Sequence record: DRR378314_2264
DNA length: 42,557 nt
Direction: 5' to 3' (one strand)
Shown in pieces: positions 28,364-39,066 of the stretch; positions within the stretch are counted from its first letter, which is position 1, and every line of letters starts with the position of its first letter. Both the position numbers and the translations under genes were made by a program. The notes under the pieces were generated by a model. That model made no database searches and was not told the origin of the DNA. It saw nothing but the letters and a program-made list of their open reading frames with translations.

Positions 28364-29818
28364 GTGAGTCAGCAAGCTCTCGAAAACGTTTTTCAGGAAT
28401 GGCAAAGCAACGAAGCTCTGGCTGAGCAAATGATTCCACTGGTGGGCCAGCTGTATCGCCAAAACAATGTTGTCGCCACTATGTTCGGTCGCTCCCTGAT
28501 TAAGCGGTCAGTCATTCGCATCCTCAAAGATCACCGCTTTGTACGCAAAATTGAAGGCACTGAGCTATCTGTTGAAGATACGTTCCCCATCGTAAAAGCG
28601 ATGAGCGAGATGAACCTCGGGCCTGCTCATGTTGACGTTGGTAAGCTGGCCGTTAACTTTAAGCGCCAGGGTGGTAGTGATCTTGATGCTTTCCTGCGTG
28701 AAGAGCTTGCTGAAATTATTGATGGCTTTCAGCCGAATGGCAGTAAAGGCGAACCTCAAGATGTAGTGCTTTACGGCTTTGGCCGTATTGGTCGTTTGCT
28801 GGCGCGAGTAATGGTCGAAAAAGCGGGCGGCGGTAATCTGTTGCGCTTACGGGCCATTGTTGTGCGTGGTCGCGGCGATGTGGCAAAAGACCTTGAAAAG
28901 CGTGCCAGCCTACTGCGTCGTGATTCGGTACATGGGCCTTTCGATGGCACGATTACCGTCGACGTTGAAGCGCGTACACTGATTGTCAATGGTAATGTGA
29001 TTCAGGTTATTTACGCCGATTCACCGAGTGAAATTGATTACACTGCCTACGGTATCGACAACGCTGTGATTGTTGATAACACTGGTATCTGGCGCGACGA
29101 GGCTGGCTTGGGTCAGCATCTTGAGTGCAAGGGTGCTAAGAAAGCATTGTTAACGGCTCCCGGCAAAGGCGATATCAAAAATATCGTATTCGGCATTAAT
29201 CATGAAACGATTGGCGATAATGACCGTATTGTGTCGGCAGCGTCCTGTACTACCAACGCCATTGTGCCAGTGCTAAAAGCGCTAAATGATGAATATGGCG
29301 TAGTGACGGGGCATGTAGAGACCGTGCACGCCTACACCAACGACCAAAACCTGATCGATAATTACCACAAAGGCGACCGTCGCGGACGTAGTGCGGCGCT
29401 GAATATGGTATTGACCGAAACAGGTGCAGCAAAAGCGGTCGCAAAAGCGCTACCTGAACTTGAAGGTAAGCTCACAGGTAACGCCATTCGCGTTCCTACG
29501 CCCAATGTTTCTATGGCTATTTTGAATTTAACCTTGGAAAAGGGCACCGATGCAGAGGCGTTGAACGATTACCTGCGTCGCGTATCGATTGATTCTTCCT
29601 ACCAGAAGCAGATTGACTTCGTTGATTCAGCAGAAGTTGTATCGTCTGACTTTGTTGGCAATCGTCATGCGGGTATTGTCGATGCTAAAGCCACCATCGC
29701 AAACGGTAACCACGCCGTCGTTTATGTGTGGTATGACAATGAATTTGGCTATAGCTGCCAAGTTATTCGTATTCTTCAGCATATGTCTAATGTGAAGTTT
29801 TTGAAGCTGCCGCATTAA
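28364..29818 (+). CDS. gap: Glyceraldehyde-3-phosphate dehydrogenase, long form with N-terminal extension
   Basis: YGFGRIGR, SAASCTTNAI, GNAIRVPT, WYDNEFGYS. GTG 28364 after GAGG; ATG 28352 is the alternative. Confidence 0.94.
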   Translation: MSQQALENVFQEWQSNEALAEQMIPLVGQLYRQNNVVATMFGRSLIKRSVIRILKDHRFVRKIEGTELSVEDTFPIVKAMSEMNLGPAHVDVGKLAVNFKRQGGSDLDAFLREELAEIIDGFQPNGSKGEPQDVVLYGFGRIGRLLARVMVEKAGGGNLLRLRAIVVRGRGDVAKDLEKRASLLRRDSVHGPFDGTITVDVEARTLIVNGNVIQVIYADSPSEIDYTAYGIDNAVIVDNTGIWRDEAGLGQHLECKGAKKALLTAPGKGDIKNIVFGINHETIGDNDRIVSAASCTTNAIVPVLKALNDEYGVVTGHVETVHAYTNDQNLIDNYHKGDRRGRSAALNMVLTETGAAKAVAKALPELEGKLTGNAIRVPTPNVSMAILNLTLEKGTDAEALNDYLRRVSIDSSYQKQIDFVDSAEVVSSDFVGNRHAGIVDAKATIANGNHAVVYVWYDNEFGYSCQVIRILQHMSNVKFLKLPH

Positions 29819-29881
29819 GCCGTTTGAGCATTAATGGCGTTTAAGCAGCAGTTAATGCGCTTTTAACCGCTAAGTTGTACC

Positions 29882-29908
29882 AAAAGCCACCTCCGGGTGG
29901 CTTTTTTT
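29882..29908 (+). terminator. Rho-independent terminator after gap
   Basis: AAAAGCCACC-TCCG-GGTGGC-TTTTTTT. Confidence 0.9.
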
Positions 29909-29989
29909 GTGTTGAAAGCGAGATCAGTTCAAGCGTCTATAGCACTTTAGGAGGCTGTCAGGGATGTGGTCATTGGCCGCGCTTATCTT

Positions 29990-30135
29990 TATAATACGAT
30001 GGATTTTTCGGGGTGGTTCAAGCGTGCTTGAGCCTGACTGGTAACAATCTGAACAGACAATAAAAATTTACTGAACAGAAATAAGCATTCGAACCCCTTA
30101 CCTTCGTATATCCGATCCATCAACTGGGCGAGACT
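29990..30135 (+). promoter_or_regulatory. Putative nqr promoter (-10 TATAAT) and structured leader of about 135 nt
   Basis: TATAAT at 29990-29995; hairpin GGTTCAAG-CGTG-CTTGAGCC at 30015-30034; direct repeat CTGAACAGA at 30049 and 30071. Confidence 0.45.
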
Positions 30136-31485
30136 ATGATCGAAGTCAAAAAAGGCCTGGATCTCCCCATCACGGGAGCGCCCGAGCAGCGTATTGAAGA
30201 TGCGCGGCCTGTGCGCCACGTGGCAATCCTGGGCACCGACTACGTTGGCATGAAGCCGACGATGGAAGTTCAGGAAGGGGATAAGGTCAAACTGGGCCAA
30301 TTACTCTTCACCGATAAGAAAATTGATGGTGTACGCTTTACAGCGCCCGCCAGCGGTGAAGTCGTGGCTATTAACCGTGGCGAAAAGAGACGTCTGCTGT
30401 CTGTCGTTATTAAAGTCGATGAAAATGAAGAAGCGATGACATTTGCTTCTCATGACCGTGACGCTTTAGGGCAGCTTGAACGTCAATCTGTTGTTGATCA
30501 ACTGGTTGAGTCAGGGCTTTGGACTGCTTTGCGCACCCGGCCTTTCTCTCGCACGCCAGCTATCGACAGCACACCTACCGATATTTTTGTTACTGCTGTG
30601 GATACTCATCCACTCAGCGCTGACCCTGCGGTAGTGATCAACGAAAACTCCCAGGCATTTGAAGACGGCCTCAAGGTGCTAACCCGCCTGACCGAGGGCA
30701 ACGTTTTTCTATGTACGGGTGCTAATGCTTCCATTCCTGGTGGTAATGTCAGCGGCGTAAAGACTGAGAGCTTTGCTGGCCCGCATCCGGCAGGTTTGGT
30801 AGGAACGCATATTCATTATCTTTCACCGGTAGCCCTGCACAAAAAAGTGTGGCACATCGGTTATCAGGATGTGATTGCGTTCGGCAAGCTGTTTGTAGAA
30901 GGCAAGCTTGATACAAGCCGTATTATTGCTGTCGGCGGCCCGCGTGCTGAAAATCCTCGTTTATTGCGCACCCGTATTGGTGCCAGTACGGAGGAGTTGT
31001 TAGCAGGTGAGGTCATCAAACCCGATGACACCCGTGTTATTTCAGGTTCTGTGTTCTCTGGTGCTTCCGCTGAAGGGAGTCTGACTTACTTGGGACGTTT
31101 CCATAACCAAGTAAGCTTGCTCGAGGAAGGTAACAAGCGCACCTTCTTGGGATGGATGTCTATGGGGGCTAATCGGCACTCAATCATGGGCATTTACATT
31201 TCTAAGATTAAAGGCCTGAGCAATTATGCACCAACCACGTCAACCAATGGCTCTGAACGTGCCATGGTACCGATCGGTGCATATGAAGCCATTATGCCTC
31301 TGGATGTTATGCCAACACAGCTGCTACGCACGCTGATCGTGGGTGACATTGAAGTTGCCATGCAACTTGGGTGTCTTGAGTTAGACGAAGAGGATTTGGC
31401 ACTGTGTACCTATGTTTGCCCAGGCAAATACGAGTACGGCCCTATCCTGCGTGACAATCTCACCATGATCGAGAAAGAGGCCTGA
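30136..31485 (+). CDS. nqrA: Na+-translocating NADH:quinone reductase subunit A
   Basis: [39 protein letters not shown]. Confidence 0.97.
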   Translation: MIEVKKGLDLPITGAPEQRIEDARPVRHVAILGTDYVGMKPTMEVQEGDKVKLGQLLFTDKKIDGVRFTAPASGEVVAINRGEKRRLLSVVIKVDENEEAMTFASHDRDALGQLERQSVVDQLVESGLWTALRTRPFSRTPAIDSTPTDIFVTAVDTHPLSADPAVVINENSQAFEDGLKVLTRLTEGNVFLCTGANASIPGGNVSGVKTESFAGPHPAGLVGTHIHYLSPVALHKKVWHIGYQDVIAFGKLFVEGKLDTSRIIAVGGPRAENPRLLRTRIGASTEELLAGEVIKPDDTRVISGSVFSGASAEGSLTYLGRFHNQVSLLEEGNKRTFLGWMSMGANRHSIMGIYISKIKGLSNYAPTTSTNGSERAMVPIGAYEAIMPLDVMPTQLLRTLIVGDIEVAMQLGCLELDEEDLALCTYVCPGKYEYGPILRDNLTMIEKEA

Positions 31486-32711
31486 TGATGGGTATTCGAC
31501 AAACACTCGATAATCTCGAGCCGCACTTCCATAAAGGTGGTAAGTACGAAAAGTTCTACCCGCTCTACGAAGCGGTAGATACTATTTTCTACTCGCCCCC
31601 CAGCGTTGCTAAAACTACCGCCCACGTGCGTGACGGTATCGATCTAAAGCGCATCATGATCACCGTTTGGCTGTGTACTTTCCCGGCGATGTTCTTCGGT
31701 ATGTGGAACGCAGGCTGGCAAGCCAACACCGCCATTGATGCAGGCTATGCATCAATGAACGGCTGGCGTGAAGCGATCATGATGACCCTGGCGGGTGGAC
31801 ATGACCCCAGCAGCTTATGGGCTAACTTTGTCCTCGGTGCGACCTACTTCCTGCCTATCTATCTTGTCACGTTTGTGGTGGGTGGTTTTTGGGAAGTACT
31901 GTTCGCAATCAAACGTGGTCATGAGGTTAACGAAGGTTTCTTCGTAACGTCGGTACTGTTTGCGCTGATTCTGCCGGCGACTATTCCGCTTTGGCAGGTT
32001 GCTCTGGGTATCACCTTTGGTGTGGTAATCGGTAAAGAGATCTTCGGCGGCACGGGTAAAAACTTCTTGAACCCCGCGCTTACTGGCCGTGCGTTCCTTT
32101 ACTTCGCCTATCCAGCGCAAATCTCAGGGGATGCCGTATGGGTCGCCGCAGATGGCTATACTGGTGCAACTGCGCTCTCCATGGCGTTCCAAGACGGTAT
32201 GACAGCGCTGACTGATACCATGAGCTGGTGGGATGCCTTCCTTGGCTTTATCCCTGGTTCAGTGGGTGAGGTCTCGACACTGGCGATCTTCATTGGTGCG
32301 GCAGTACTGCTGTGGACGCGTATTGCATCATGGCGAATCATGCTGGGTGTTCTTCTGGGCATGGTCGTCACCAGTACGCTGTTTAATCTGATTGGTTCTG
32401 ACAGCAACCCCATGTTTGCAATGCCCTGGTACTGGCATTTGGTGATTGGTGGCTTCGCTTTCGGCATGGTGTTTATGGCAACGGACCCGGTGTCTGCTTC
32501 CATGACTAACCAGGGGCGCTTGGTGTTTGGTGCGTTGATCGGTGTGATGACCGTTTTGATCCGTGTGGTAAACCCCGCCTTTCCTGAGGGCATCATGCTG
32601 GCCATTCTGTTCGCTAACTTATTTGCGCCGCTGATTGACCACATGTTCGTCCAGGCCAATATTAAACGTCGTCTCAAGCGGACTGGCGTAGCGGCCGAGG
32701 AGAATGCCTAA
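31485..32711 (+). CDS. nqrB: Na+-NQR subunit B
   Basis: [27 protein letters not shown] site [12 protein letters not shown]. Confidence 0.97.
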   Translation: MMGIRQTLDNLEPHFHKGGKYEKFYPLYEAVDTIFYSPPSVAKTTAHVRDGIDLKRIMITVWLCTFPAMFFGMWNAGWQANTAIDAGYASMNGWREAIMMTLAGGHDPSSLWANFVLGATYFLPIYLVTFVVGGFWEVLFAIKRGHEVNEGFFVTSVLFALILPATIPLWQVALGITFGVVIGKEIFGGTGKNFLNPALTGRAFLYFAYPAQISGDAVWVAADGYTGATALSMAFQDGMTALTDTMSWWDAFLGFIPGSVGEVSTLAIFIGAAVLLWTRIASWRIMLGVLLGMVVTSTLFNLIGSDSNPMFAMPWYWHLVIGGFAFGMVFMATDPVSASMTNQGRLVFGALIGVMTVLIRVVNPAFPEGIMLAILFANLFAPLIDHMFVQANIKRRLKRTGVAAEENA

Positions 32712-33532
32712 TGGCACAAGGTAACAACTCCATCAAAAAGATCCTAACCGTAGCGTTTTCGCTGTGTATCGTGTGCTCGGTAATCGTTTCGACGGCTGCC
32801 GTTGCGCTGCGACCTATGCAGCAGCTCAACCAGGAATTGGATCGTAAAACCAACATTCTTAACGTGGCGGGTCTCTATGAGCCGGGCATGGATGTTGAGG
32901 AAGCGTTCAGCACGCAAATTACCGCACGTGTAGTTGATTTGGATACCGGTGAGTACACCGATCAATTCGACCCGGCTACCTTCGATGGCTTTGAAGCCTC
33001 GAGTGATCCTGCAACGGGTCGTACGCTTTCCGGTGATCGCGACATTGCAGGCCTGTCTCGTGTTGAGAACTTCGCGACTGTTTATCTTGTCGGTGATGCT
33101 GAAAACCCCGAGCAGATTGTTCTGCCCATTCGTGGGCAAGGACTCTGGGGCCGCATGATGGGCTTCCTCGCGGTTGAAGGCGACGGTAACACTATCGTCA
33201 GTATCACTTACTACGACCATAGCGAAACGCCGGGTCTCGGTGCTGAGGTAAATAATCCGCGTTGGCAAGCTCAATGGGAAGGTAAGAAGATTTACGACGA
33301 AGAGGGCGACCTCTCACCGGAAATCCACCTGACCAAAGGCGGCGCAAGCAACGAGTACGAAGTTGATGCGCTTTCTGGTGCAACGCTAACCAGTAACGGC
33401 GTGACCAACATGCTGCAGTTCTGGTTCAGCGAAGAGGCTTTCGCTCCGTATTTGGCTAACTTCCGTAGTGGTACTGAACCAGAAGATGCCGAAGACACCG
33501 ATACCGACTTCGACGACGTTGAGGGGGCTTGA
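32711..33532 (+). CDS. nqrC: Na+-NQR subunit C
   Basis: GQGLWG, ETPGLG, FMN site [11 protein letters not shown]. Confidence 0.97.
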   Translation: MAQGNNSIKKILTVAFSLCIVCSVIVSTAAVALRPMQQLNQELDRKTNILNVAGLYEPGMDVEEAFSTQITARVVDLDTGEYTDQFDPATFDGFEASSDPATGRTLSGDRDIAGLSRVENFATVYLVGDAENPEQIVLPIRGQGLWGRMMGFLAVEGDGNTIVSITYYDHSETPGLGAEVNNPRWQAQWEGKKIYDEEGDLSPEIHLTKGGASNEYEVDALSGATLTSNGVTNMLQFWFSEEAFAPYLANFRSGTEPEDAEDTDTDFDDVEGA

Positions 33533-33534
33533 TC

Positions 33535-34203
33535 ATGGCGGATGTAAATGCAAAAAGCGTTTTAACGGCGCCGATTTTTAAGAACAACCCCATTGCACTA
33601 CAAATTTTGGGGATCTGTTCTGCTCTAGCGGTTACGACCAGCATGAGCGTATCGCTGGTAATGGCGCTAGCGGTTACTTTTGTAACGGCCTTTTCGAACT
33701 TGTTCGTATCGTTGATCCGGAACCATATTCCGTCTTCGATCCGTATCATTGTTCAAATGACCATTATTGCGTCGCTGGTTATCGTGGTTGACCAGATCCT
33801 CAAAGCTTACGCTTACGAAATGTCTAAGCAGCTGTCGGTCTTTGTGGGCCTGATCATCACCAACTGTATCGTAATGGGCCGTGCGGAAGGTTTTGCGATG
33901 TCCAATACGCCGAGCATGTCGTTCCTTGACGGTATCGGTAACGGCTTGGGCTACGGCTTAATCCTAATGATCGTTGGCTTCTTCCGTGAGTTGCTGGGTG
34001 CTGGCAGTATCTTTGGCTTTACCGTTCTACCAACAGTGCAAAATGGTGGTTGGTATGTGCCCAATGGTCTGCTGCTCCTGCCGCCCTCTGCCTTCTTTAT
34101 TATCGGTTTGCTGATCTGGGTTTTACGTTCAGTCAATCCTGAGCAGGTAGAAGAGAACGAGTTCAAAATGAAGCACAACACCAAGCCGAAGGAGGCCGTG
34201 TAA
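33535..34203 (+). CDS. nqrD: Na+-NQR subunit D
   Basis: [33 protein letters not shown] at 33535. Confidence 0.97.
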   Translation: MADVNAKSVLTAPIFKNNPIALQILGICSALAVTTSMSVSLVMALAVTFVTAFSNLFVSLIRNHIPSSIRIIVQMTIIASLVIVVDQILKAYAYEMSKQLSVFVGLIITNCIVMGRAEGFAMSNTPSMSFLDGIGNGLGYGLILMIVGFFRELLGAGSIFGFTVLPTVQNGGWYVPNGLLLLPPSAFFIIGLLIWVLRSVNPEQVEENEFKMKHNTKPKEAV

Positions 34204-34204
34204 C

Positions 34205-34822
34205 ATGGAACACTATCTAAGCCTTTTCGTTGCTTCGGTTTTTGTTGAAAACTTGGCGCTGGCCTTCTTCTTAGGGATGTGTACATTCCTGGCGGTATCT
34301 AAGAAGGTTTCCGCTGCATTTGGCCTCGGGATTGCCGTTATTGTCGTACTGACAATCTCGGTTCCGGTCAACAATCTAGTGTTCAACCTGCTGCTGGCTG
34401 AAGGCGCTTTGTCTTGGACTGGCATAAGCGGTGCTGAAAACATCGATCTTTCATTCCTGGGTCTTCTGAGCTACATCGGCGTTATTGCCGCACTGGTTCA
34501 GATTCTGGAAATGTTCCTCGATAAATATGTTCCTGCGCTATACAACGCGCTGGGCGTATTCCTGCCGCTGATTACCGTTAACTGCGCCATCCTAGGTGGC
34601 GTACTGTTCATGGTTGAGCGTAACTACAACTTCGGTGAATCCGTAATCTACGGTTTCGGTTCTGGTGTTGGCTGGGCGCTTGCGATTACAGCGTTGGCTG
34701 GTATCCGTGAAAAGCTGAAGTATAGCGACGTGCCTGGCGGTCTTCAGGGTCTTGGCATCACGTTTATTACCGTTGGCTTAATGTCGTTGGGCTTTATGTC
34801 CTTCTCAGGCATTCAGCTTTAA
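34205..34822 (+). CDS. nqrE: Na+-NQR subunit E
   Basis: [35 protein letters not shown]. Confidence 0.97.
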   Translation: MEHYLSLFVASVFVENLALAFFLGMCTFLAVSKKVSAAFGLGIAVIVVLTISVPVNNLVFNLLLAEGALSWTGISGAENIDLSFLGLLSYIGVIAALVQILEMFLDKYVPALYNALGVFLPLITVNCAILGGVLFMVERNYNFGESVIYGFGSGVGWALAITALAGIREKLKYSDVPGGLQGLGITFITVGLMSLGFMSFSGIQL

Positions 34823-34830
34823 TCGGAGCC

Positions 34831-34870
34831 GGTTTTCTCGGCAGCTCAGGCTGCCGAGGTACAGAAAACC
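34831..34870. other. Intra-operon stem-loop between nqrE and nqrF
   Basis: CTCGGCAGC-TCAG-GCTGCCGAG (34837-34858), extendable by GGTTTT/AAAACC. Confidence 0.6.
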
Positions 34871-34890
34871 TTCAGCAATAGGAAACCGAC

Positions 34891-36123
34891 ATGGTTGATA
34901 CATCTGTCATCTTGCTCGGTGTTGTCATGTTCACGGTCATCGTTATTAGCTTAACGGCGATCATTCTGGCAGCGCGCAGCAAGCTAGTGAGTAGCGGGGA
35001 CGTGACGATTGAAGTCAACGGCGACCCCGAGCACACCCTGCAGACTCAGGCTGGTGGTAAGCTTCTTAACACCTTAGCTGCAAACGGAATCTTTCTTTCC
35101 TCTGCCTGTGGTGGCGGCGGTTCTTGCGCTCAGTGTAAGTGCCGAGTAGAAGAGGGCGGCGGCTCCATTTTGCCGACGGAAGAATCTCACTTCACTATGC
35201 GTGAAAAGAAAGAAGGCTGGCGTCTGTCTTGTCAGGTTCCTGTGAAGCAGGACATGAAAGTAGAAGTGCCTGAAGAAGTCTTCGGTGTTAAGAAGTGGGA
35301 GTGTGAAGTTACCGCGAACCCCAACGTTGCGACCTTCATTAAAGAGTTGAACCTGAAGCTGCCCGAAGGTGAGGAAGTTGCCTTCCGTGCCGGTGGTTAT
35401 GTACAGCTGGTAGCGCCGCCTTACGATATTAAGTTCTCCGATTTTGACATCGAAGAAGAGTATCGTGGCGATTGGGAAAAATTTGATATGTTCAAAGTTT
35501 CCCATAAGAATAACGAGGAAGTTATCCGCGCTTACTCTATGGCTAACTACCCGGATGAAAAAGGCCTCCTCAAGTTCAATATTCGTATCGCGACGCCGCC
35601 TCCGGGTACAAGCCACCCGCCGGGCCTTATGTCGACCTATGTCTTCAATTTGAAGCCGGGCGACAAAGTGACCGTTATGGGGCCGTTTGGCGAGTTCTTT
35701 GCCAAAGACACTGATGCGGAAATGATCTTTGTTGGTGGTGGTGCGGGTATGGCGCCAATGCGTAGCCACATTTTCGATCAGCTCAAACGCTTGAAGTCAG
35801 ATCGTAAAATTACTTTCTGGTACGGTGCGCGCTCCTGGCGTGAGACCTTCTACAACGAAGAGTATGATCAGCTAGCCGAAGAGTTCCCGAACTTTGAGTG
35901 GCACTTGGCGCTTTCTGATCCGCAGCCAGAAGATAATTGGGAAGGGCCGACAGGCTTCATCCACAACGTATTGTACGAAAACTATCTGAAGGACCACCCA
36001 GCTCCGGAAGATTGTGAGTACTACATGTGTGGGCCGCCCATGATGAACGCGTCTGTTATCAAGCTATTGCTCGATATGGGCGTGGAGCCGGAAAACATCC
36101 TGCTGGATGACTTCGGCGGTTAA
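34891..36123 (+). CDS. nqrF: Na+-NQR subunit F
   Basis: 2Fe-2S motif [10 protein letters not shown]...[29 protein letters not shown]. Confidence 0.98.
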   Translation: MVDTSVILLGVVMFTVIVISLTAIILAARSKLVSSGDVTIEVNGDPEHTLQTQAGGKLLNTLAANGIFLSSACGGGGSCAQCKCRVEEGGGSILPTEESHFTMREKKEGWRLSCQVPVKQDMKVEVPEEVFGVKKWECEVTANPNVATFIKELNLKLPEGEEVAFRAGGYVQLVAPPYDIKFSDFDIEEEYRGDWEKFDMFKVSHKNNEEVIRAYSMANYPDEKGLLKFNIRIATPPPGTSHPPGLMSTYVFNLKPGDKVTVMGPFGEFFAKDTDAEMIFVGGGAGMAPMRSHIFDQLKRLKSDRKITFWYGARSWRETFYNEEYDQLAEEFPNFEWHLALSDPQPEDNWEGPTGFIHNVLYENYLKDHPAPEDCEYYMCGPPMMNASVIKLLLDMGVEPENILLDDFGG

Positions 36124-36141
36124 CAACGTGATTGTGTAAGT

Positions 36142-36186
36142 TGCCTTCGGGCATGAGCGGGGCTGGCCTTTTGGTCAGCCCCGTTT
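36142..36186 (+). terminator. Tandem hairpins after nqrF (probable terminator)
   Basis: TGCC-TTCG-GGCA (cUUCGg tetraloop), then GAGCGGGGCTGGCC-TTTT-GGTCAGCCCCGTTT. Confidence 0.65.
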
Positions 36187-36326
36187 GTATGTGAATGGTT
36201 GAAAAACGATGAGTTGCCTGATCATTTTGAAGTGGCTGAGGTACAATAGGCATTAAAATTCTACGGCACTTAACGACATGACCGTTGTCGGCAGGTGAGC
36301 AGTTAACGCAATGCTGGGAGGTGAAC

Positions 36327-36581
36327 ATGACAATCTGGCTACTGGTATTTGGTTTTATGGCGCTGGTAATGACGGCAATGGCCGTTGGTGTCTTAATGGG
36401 CCGCAAGCCTATTGCGGGTTCCTGCGGCGGATTAAATCAGTTAGGCCTCAAAGAAGGCTGTGACATCTGCGGCGGCAAGGATGAGGTTTGCGAAGAAGAA
36501 AACCGCAAGCGTGGAAGCGTACGGCGGCGTAGCGATGAAAGCCGTGGAGCTGACCTAGGTTATGACGCAACGCGTCGTTAA
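36327..36581 (+). CDS. nqrM: Na+-NQR maturation factor NqrM (DUF539)
   Basis: Single TM, then GRKPIAGSCGG...CDIC...C. ATG 36327 after GGAGG. Confidence 0.9.
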   Translation: MTIWLLVFGFMALVMTAMAVGVLMGRKPIAGSCGGLNQLGLKEGCDICGGKDEVCEEENRKRGSVRRRSDESRGADLGYDATRR

Positions 36582-36600
36582 TCTAGCCATTAGCCATTCA

Positions 36601-36626
36601 GACGCTCGCTAACCGCGAGCGTTTAT
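36601..36626 (+). terminator. Hairpin after nqrM (weak terminator)
   Basis: GACGCTCGC-TAACC-GCGAGCGTT-TAT. Confidence 0.5.
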
Positions 36627-36681
36627 GTAACTGCCATTGTTGAGAGCGCTTTTAAGTTAGCAATAAGGAGATCCAAGTCGT

Positions 36682-38073
36682 ATGGCCGTTCACAATTACG
36701 ATGTTGTGGTGATAGGCACTGGTCCCGCTGGGGAAAGCGCTGCTATTAACGCCGCCAAGCATGGCAAGCGAGTGGCGATTATTGAAAAGCAGGTCCAGGT
36801 GGGGGGTAACTGCACCCACTGGGGCACGATCCCTTCAAAAGCGCTGCGCCATCAGGTCAAACAGATCATGGCGTTCAATACCAACCGCATGTTCCGCGAT
36901 ATCGGTGAACCCCGCTGGTTTTCTTTCCCTAAAGTGATGGAGCGCTCGCGTGGCACCATCGATAAACAGGTCGAAATGCGCACAACGTTTTACGCGCGCA
37001 ACCGCATTGATCTGTTTCATGGAGTGGCGCGTTTTAAAGATGAGCATACCGTGGTGGTGCGAGACCGGCAGGAAGGCGTGGAAGAGCTGGTAGCCAAGAA
37101 AATTGTTATTTCTACCGGCTCTCGGCCTTATCGTCCGGCGGATATTAACTTTCGTCATCCACGTATTTACTGCTCTGATACGATCCTCAGCCTTTCCCAT
37201 ACCCCGCGGACACTGGTGATCTTTGGGGCAGGTGTTATCGGTTGCGAGTACGCCTCTATCTTCTCGGGTCTTGGTGTTAAGGTTGATTTAATCAACAACC
37301 GCGATAGCCTGCTGTCATTCTTGGATGATGAGATCAGTGATGCGCTTTCCTACCATCTGCGTAAACACGGTGTGCTGATCCGCCATAACGAAGACTATAA
37401 AAGTGTCGAAGGTGATGAAGCCGGCGTAACTGTAAATCTGAAGTCGGGCAAGAAGATTCGCGCCGATGCATTTCTTTGGGCGAATGGCCGTACCGGTAAT
37501 ACCGATAGCCTTGGACTTGAGAATATTGGCTTAGAGGCAAACGGTCGAGGCCAGCTTAGCGTTGATGAGCACTACCGCACCGCGATTCCGCATATTTACG
37601 CTGCAGGCGATGTGATTGGTTGGCCGAGTCTTGCCAGTGCTGCCTACGACCAGGGATTAAACTCCTGTAACGAGCTACTGGAAAAAGAGTATCGCTTTGT
37701 TAGTGATGTCCCCACCGGGATCTACACTATTCCTGAAATCAGCTCTTTCGGCCCCAACGAGCGTGAGCTGACCGAAGCCAAAGTGCCCTACGAAGTGGGT
37801 AAGGCATTCTTTAAAGATACTGCTCGTGCGCAAATCACCGGCGATACAGTGGGAATGCTGAAGATTTTGTTCCACCAAGACACGCTGGAGATTCTGGGTA
37901 TCCATTGCTTTGGTGACCAGGCGTCGGAAATTTTGCACATCGGCCAGGCCATTATGCAGCAGGAAGGGGATGCGAATACGGTGAAGTACTTCATCAATAC
38001 GACCTTCAATTACCCCACCATGGCCGAAGCGTACCGGGTGGCGGCGCAAAATGGCTTAAACCGAGTGTTTTAA
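36682..38073 (+). CDS. sthA: Soluble pyridine nucleotide transhydrogenase
   Basis: [22 protein letters not shown] (CxxxxT instead of the redox CxxxxC), [14 protein letters not shown]. Confidence 0.96.
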   Translation: MAVHNYDVVVIGTGPAGESAAINAAKHGKRVAIIEKQVQVGGNCTHWGTIPSKALRHQVKQIMAFNTNRMFRDIGEPRWFSFPKVMERSRGTIDKQVEMRTTFYARNRIDLFHGVARFKDEHTVVVRDRQEGVEELVAKKIVISTGSRPYRPADINFRHPRIYCSDTILSLSHTPRTLVIFGAGVIGCEYASIFSGLGVKVDLINNRDSLLSFLDDEISDALSYHLRKHGVLIRHNEDYKSVEGDEAGVTVNLKSGKKIRADAFLWANGRTGNTDSLGLENIGLEANGRGQLSVDEHYRTAIPHIYAAGDVIGWPSLASAAYDQGLNSCNELLEKEYRFVSDVPTGIYTIPEISSFGPNERELTEAKVPYEVGKAFFKDTARAQITGDTVGMLKILFHQDTLEILGIHCFGDQASEILHIGQAIMQQEGDANTVKYFINTTFNYPTMAEAYRVAAQNGLNRVF

Positions 38074-38114
38074 AATGTTTTAAGTAGGGGGGCTATGTCC
38101 CCCATATTCACGCC

Positions 38115-39056
38115 TCACAAACCATCCAGCAGTTGCTGCGCGCGTGGCTGCCAGTCACCGTCTAAGGTGGCAGCCTGAGTGAGTGCTTCCCGCGCACCCT
38201 CCCTATTTTCCTTCTGAAGCCTGAGTATGGCTACATTGAGCCATGCAGCGCCCATGGCAGGGTCAAGCTGTGTGGCTGATTCGAAGGCTTCTAGCGCTGC
38301 TTGAGGTTGTTGATCGGCGTATAGCGCATTGCCGAGTGCAAATTGACCCAGCGGATTAGCAGGGAAGCGTTCTACAAAGGCTTGCCAACTGGAAAGTGTT
38401 GCTACAGGCCCATGCTGCTCCTCGTAAGCGCTAATGGCTTCCAGTGCATTGCGGGCGGTAACGCCTTCGGGCAGGCTTCCTGGTTCGCTAACCACAAACC
38501 CCCAGCGCTCACTGCGTGCCCAGGTAGCATCAAAGCGGCTAAACGACATCGTATGTCGTTCGATTTCGCCACTACGTAAAATCAGCGTTTCATTAGGTAA
38601 ATCAAAACCAATGGCCACCGCGTAGTGCCACATCGGGAAAGCTGGCAAGGCGAGGTTTTGCATCACCACTACAGGGTCACCTGCTTCCAAATGGCCGAGC
38701 AATGCATCCATGGTGCCACGAACGGGGATCGCCAACTGCTTATAACGGCGCACAGTGGCTAGCATTTCAGGCTGAACGCTACCTTCTCGCCCAGGCAGAA
38801 ATACCTGTGGGATTAACTGCTCAAGCCCTGCATCTACCCCCTGGTGATTGAGCGCCATTGCCAGTGTTGCTGGGCCACACTGATACGCCGTCTGGGCGTA
38901 AAACGGTACTTCGGTCAGCTCAGTTTGCGGTGCTAGGCTAGCTTTAGTGCTTTCTAACAGCACCGGGCTTCTGGCGCAGCCGCTAAGCAGAGTGGGCAGC
39001 AGCAGGGCAAGCAGTAAAACGCCCGCAAAGCGGGCGTTTAAAAGCTGTTTCATCAT
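38115..39056 (-). CDS. PA2778-family C39-like cysteine peptidase; lipoprotein with C-terminal TPRs
   Basis: Lipobox LSGC; VPFYAQTAYQCGPATLAM (Gln...Cys); WHYAVAIGFD (His...Asp); FALGNALY and AWLNVA TPR-like repeats. Start is ATG 39056 or 39053. Confidence 0.85.
   Translation of the reverse strand: MMKQLLNARFAGVLLLALLLPTLLSGCARSPVLLESTKASLAPQTELTEVPFYAQTAYQCGPATLAMALNHQGVDAGLEQLIPQVFLPGREGSVQPEMLATVRRYKQLAIPVRGTMDALLGHLEAGDPVVVMQNLALPAFPMWHYAVAIGFDLPNETLILRSGEIERHTMSFSRFDATWARSERWGFVVSEPGSLPEGVTARNALEAISAYEEQHGPVATLSSWQAFVERFPANPLGQFALGNALYADQQPQAALEAFESATQLDPAMGAAWLNVAILRLQKENREGAREALTQAATLDGDWQPRAQQLLDGL
39015..39041 (-). terminator. Terminator/attenuator-like hairpin inside the 5' end of the peptidase gene
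   Basis: Minus strand reads TTAAACGCCCGC-TTT-GCGGGCGTTTTACT, about 26 nt after the PA2779-like stop codon. Confidence 0.6.
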
Positions 39057-39066
39057 GGCAGTCAAA

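Noticed and set aside
28364-28760. N-terminal extension of about 130 aa on GAPDH
   Set aside because: This is a known long-form GAPDH subfamily found next to mfd in Pseudomonas-like genomes.
35074-35769. 231-aa antisense ORF within nqrF, and similar long antisense ORFs at 32156-32677, 32744-33274, 23606-24172 and 26710-27207
   Set aside because: They lie wholly opposite well-conserved genes with strong codon bias, which suppresses antisense stops. No RBS or recognisable motifs; treated as shadow ORFs.
36800-36840. Flavoprotein disulfide reductase apparently lacking its second redox Cys (possible pseudogene)
   Set aside because: CxxxxT is the normal signature of SthA.
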